This document shows, piece by piece, positions 60,096 to 64,000 of a DNA stretch of 64,000 bases. Below the pieces are notes generated by a model. The model was not told the origin of the DNA, searched no databases, and worked only from the letters and a program-made list of their open reading frames with translations. The translations under genes were made by a program, and so were the position numbers. This stretch comes from Narcine bancroftii (Eukaryota): positions 62,930,001 through 62,994,000 of the forward strand of contig NC_091478.1 in the NCBI RefSeq assembly GCF_036971445.1, written 5' to 3'. Positions within the stretch are counted from its first letter, which is position 1; each line of letters starts with the position of its first letter.

Positions 60096-61699
60096 ATCCA
60101 TTTCATTGGATAACCATCGAAGAGTTTAGCCAAAAAACATAACATTAATGATTTTTTTTTAGCTCAGCGAGAATCTCTCCAAATGTTTCCGAAACTCAAT
60201 TATTTATTCGACATACATACAGGATGTGGTTCAGTCATTCAGCTCGAAGAGATACACTTCTGTATATCTAATTTTAACATTACTCAATAGGCACGTCAAC
60301 ATATACGCAGTATTTTTAAAAAAAACACAGAAAATGCTCCAAAGTGCATACTTGAATGTAATTATTGCAATATCTGCTGTCTATATTCAATGGAAATTCA
60401 GTGCCCGTTATGGCGGTCTCACCTTTCTGTTTATACAAATGACCAAGTCTCAATGCTTGCTTTAAAATGTACGTTTCTGATAAGTTGCCAAAATGGTTTC
60501 GTGAGAGGGGTAAGTTTTAAAGGAGATTTGCAGGGCAATTCTTTGGAGACAATGTTTAGTCCCTGAAATGCGGATGCGTGGCATGTGTTAGAAACTGATA
60601 GGATAGCAAAGTTTAAACATTCGGAGGCATTTAGAGAGCTGTATGGAAGACAGGGGTATGATCCATCTTCAAACATATGGGATTAGTGTTATTTTGCAAT
60701 GTTATCCACATAGTCAGGATGGGACGAATGGACTGTTAATTTCTGTTGTTACCAGTTCACTGGAGCAATTACTTTCATAAATTCCGATCTTCGTTTGGAT
60801 ATCGTGAGCAATTACGTCCTTCGTGAAACTACTATGGGGTTTTGCAAATATCTTGCTAAATGCAAGATACTCCCATCCGATTTCTGAATCTGAGGAGAAA
60901 TCGCAGGAACAAAACAATCCGTCTCCCCAACCCCCGTTAGCCGATACCTTCACTGGATGTAATTTCTGTCTCAATCGTAGTATTTCCATCACTTGGCTCC
61001 CCAGTAATTCGTAATTCTCTGCCTCAATTTGTGAATGTTCCTGACTTAACCTTTACGACGGACAGAAAGACATTAGTCGACCAGCCGAAGATGGAGGGTC
61101 TGCGGGTATTAACGAGGTATACCTCTACCTCTAACTCGACCTTTCGGGAAGTTGATTCCAAAGATATACGAGCGCGTGATGACTGGTACCTGTAAGTATT
61201 CTAAGTGTCACATACATAAAACTTGAAACTGATCCAAACTATTGCCCCTTGGATAAGTCTACAGCACACTTACGAGGGCAAAATACTGGACGGAGTGGTC
61301 CTAAATGACTGGTCGACTGTTTTATGGGAATATAGAAAAAATAAACATCACCAAGTTGTGGTTTCGCTGAGATACACTGTGTTGTAGATCCATGGTTAAT
61401 ATCATGGCTTGCATGCCACTGTGAAGCAAAGGAAAGATTTAAATACAATTCCTCAGACAGCCAAACCTGAGGTTCCCATGTTCAAATGAATCAAAGGTTA
61501 TACAATGAAGATCCAACAGTAGGTGGAATGGCTCTCTTCATTTCTTTCAGAGGTATCACAGGGTAAACAGATCCATTCTGAGTCAGGATGGGCAGAATTT
61601 GCACCGTGGGTCGTGGAGCAGAAATTCTTCGAATTGGAGGAGACAGCTGGGAAGAGCCGAGGACACGACATCCACTGTGGAAAGACAGCAGGAATATAA

Positions 61700-61950
61700 T
61701 TTTTAATTTAGAGGTATAACATGCCATTCGGCCCACGAGTCCATTACCCACGACTCAAACCCCCACCACCCTAACACTCCCACCCCATTTATACCCCATT
61801 AACTACATGCCCGTTACGTTTCGAACAGTTGAAGAAAACCGGAGCCCCCGGAGAAAACACAGGCGAAGATTCAAACTCCTTATAGACACTGCGGGATTCC
61901 AACCCTGGTCGTGGTCGCTGGCGCTGTAAAGGTGTTGCGCTCTCCGCAGC
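61700..61950 (-). mobile_element. V-SINE-type element
   Basis: Reverse-complement homology to 7207-7452 (TTCTCCGGGGGCTCCGGTTTTCTT; GTGGGCCGAATGGCATG). Confidence 0.75.
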
Positions 61951-63039
61951 CACCAGTGATGGCAGTGTCACCTTTCCTTAAGGTGATCTGTGTGATTTCC
62001 TGGCATATCATTTTGCCAAATATAGCTGATGACTTCGTGGCTTCACGATAAAAATCATCTAAGGACCCTTTCAATCTCCAGATAATCAGGGAGCAGCTGC
62101 ATTGCTGGACCACAATACCGACGTCTGAATTCAAAGGATTTCATGCCAGAAACTGAGCCAGACATTGAGGAGGCCTTTCAAGTGTCCAAAAATTGTTGGC
62201 TTTCTCTTTGTCCATGATGACCTGACTCTTTTATGCCTGGTTCACGTCTAGTGGCTCTCATCGCATTGCCAAAATTAATGAGTTCTCTCCATCCACCGTC
62301 CGTCCTTCAGCTTACAGCTTTTTTGCTAGACTTCTGCCAATATGCGCCCGTGGAGCATTTTATATTCTTTGGCACAACTTCCAATACGGGACACTTTATG
62401 TCAATTTTCAATTCAATTCCGATCCCCAGGAGATTATCGCTGAATTACTGCTCATTCCACTAGGATCATCTTATCTACATTTGGGGTGTGAATTAGGTCT
62501 TTAGCAAGTTCTGTGTTCCATGTATTGGACGTTACCTGAAGTTGCTACACTTGATTCATATGTTTTAAGTGTAACTCCAGTGAGCTGTGGCTCCCTAACA
62601 TTCACTAATTAAGCGGGGGAAGCTGATGAGAAGGCAGAGTCATCCTTTGTTAATGGAGAGTTCACTCCATGAAAATATCCTTCCTCTTCGATGTAGTGAT
62701 CAGCCATGATCTGTAAAATGGCGGTGCTGGCTCGACGGGCCGAAGGGCCTACTCCAGCTCCTATTGTCTATTGTCTTCTGGTTTCAAACTCCAGAATACT
62801 GTGTACTTACAACTTTCTACTTAAAACTGGCCAGATCGCTCAGTGGATTCATTGGACTTGATTCATTGGATTTGACATTCGGTATGTCAAAACGCCTGCA
62901 TTTTCTATCCGTGTTTATCGGGTGTCCTTCTGGTTATTTACCTCTGTTATTGACCTTGAAGCTCGTGGAATTTCATGTCAGAATCTTCATATTGAGGAGT
63001 TATATCTGCCTAAGTTTTTTGCCTTTAACCTGAGATCAC

Positions 63040-64000
63040 ACGGTACACCTGTAGAAAAGTGCAAGTTTTGGTGACATATTCAATCCCCCTAAACTCCTCG
63101 CAAAGTATAACCACTGTAGAGCATTTTACGTTAACGCGCTGAGATGTAGACAGATCTTCTGGGATGTTGACATACGTGAATTTGAAGTTCTTAAATTTTC
63201 CTCTGATGACCCCTCATTGGGTTTCCCCCTCCTGAAGTCCACAATCACTTAATTAGTTTTACTAACGCTGAGTGCAGGGTGGTTGTTGTGAATGAGTATT
63301 CACCTGACCTATCTCATTCCTGTACACTTGGCAAATTTGTAAATGGCATTAGCATTGACCCTAGCCACATAAACATGGATGTAGACCCAGTCCAGCAATC
63401 GGAAGAGCGCTCATCCCTGAAGTACGCCTGTGTTGATTGTCAGTAAGGAGGAGTCGTTGTTCCAGAGCCACACTTACTGTGGTCCTCAACGAGGGTCAAA
63501 GATCCATTTTCAGAGGGGTTGCAGGGGCCCAGGTTTTGGAACTTGTTGACCAGCACTGAGGGTATGATGGTATTGAAAACTGAGCTGTAGTGGATGAAGA
63601 GCAGCCTGATGTACGTGTTGTGGTCTAGGTGATCCGGAACTAAGCGGAGAACTAATGATACTGCATCTTCTGTGGAGCGATTGTGATGGAAGGCGACTTG
63701 CAGTAGGTCCAAAACTTTACTTAGGTCGGAGGTACATGTGACCATAACCAATCTCTCGAAATATTTCATCACAGTAAATGTGAGTGCGACTAGGAGATAA
63801 TCTTTGAGGCAGCTCATTCTGCTCTTATCGGGCACCTGCATGATTGAACCCTGGCTGCAGCAATGACCAATTAAAAATATCGATGGACTCTCCAACTAGT
63901 TGATGGGCGCAGATATTCAGTACCCTTCCAGGTAAGCCATCAGGACAGGGCGATAGCCAAAATACTTGTTGAAAGGTATGCCATTCTGTGGAATACTTCG
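63040..64000 (-). mobile_element. Rex1/Babar-like LINE RT region
   Basis: VALTFTVMKYFERLV..HNRSTEDAV..YIRLLFIHYSSVFNTIIP. Confidence 0.85.

Noticed and set aside
1-64000. CRISPR arrays, rRNA genes or prokaryotic systems
   Set aside because: None seen; content is eukaryotic, intron-containing and retrotransposon-rich.

Overview
Repeat-dense vertebrate genomic DNA. The repeat content (V-SINEs, CR1, Rex1/Babar, Penelope-like, L1 and RTE elements) suggests a cartilaginous fish; that assignment is inference. Most of the window is retrotransposon: a complete but decayed Mag-type Gypsy element (175-bp LTRs, 5-bp TSD, tRNA-Ser PBS), nested L1s with TSDs, many young RTE 3' ends and a solo LTR. Between them, split into exons the ORF track mostly misses, is a tandem cluster of non-rearranging, antigen-receptor-like Ig-superfamily genes on the + strand: leader, germline-joined VJ-type V exon, then a C1-set exon. 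Gene B (40011-46827) continues into an uncharged TM and a tail with ITIM/ITSM motifs. Gene A (from 6109) has an almost identical ectodomain but an in-frame TGA in C1. It is followed by a candidate short secreted tailpiece exon (9009-9046) and, further on, by an Arg-containing activating-type TM exon plus short tail (15619-16062). This looks like a paired inhibitory/activating (possibly also soluble) VJ-C1 receptor system homogenised by gene conversion. All gene models are manual splice predictions; part of gene B's C1 exon lies in an assembly gap.
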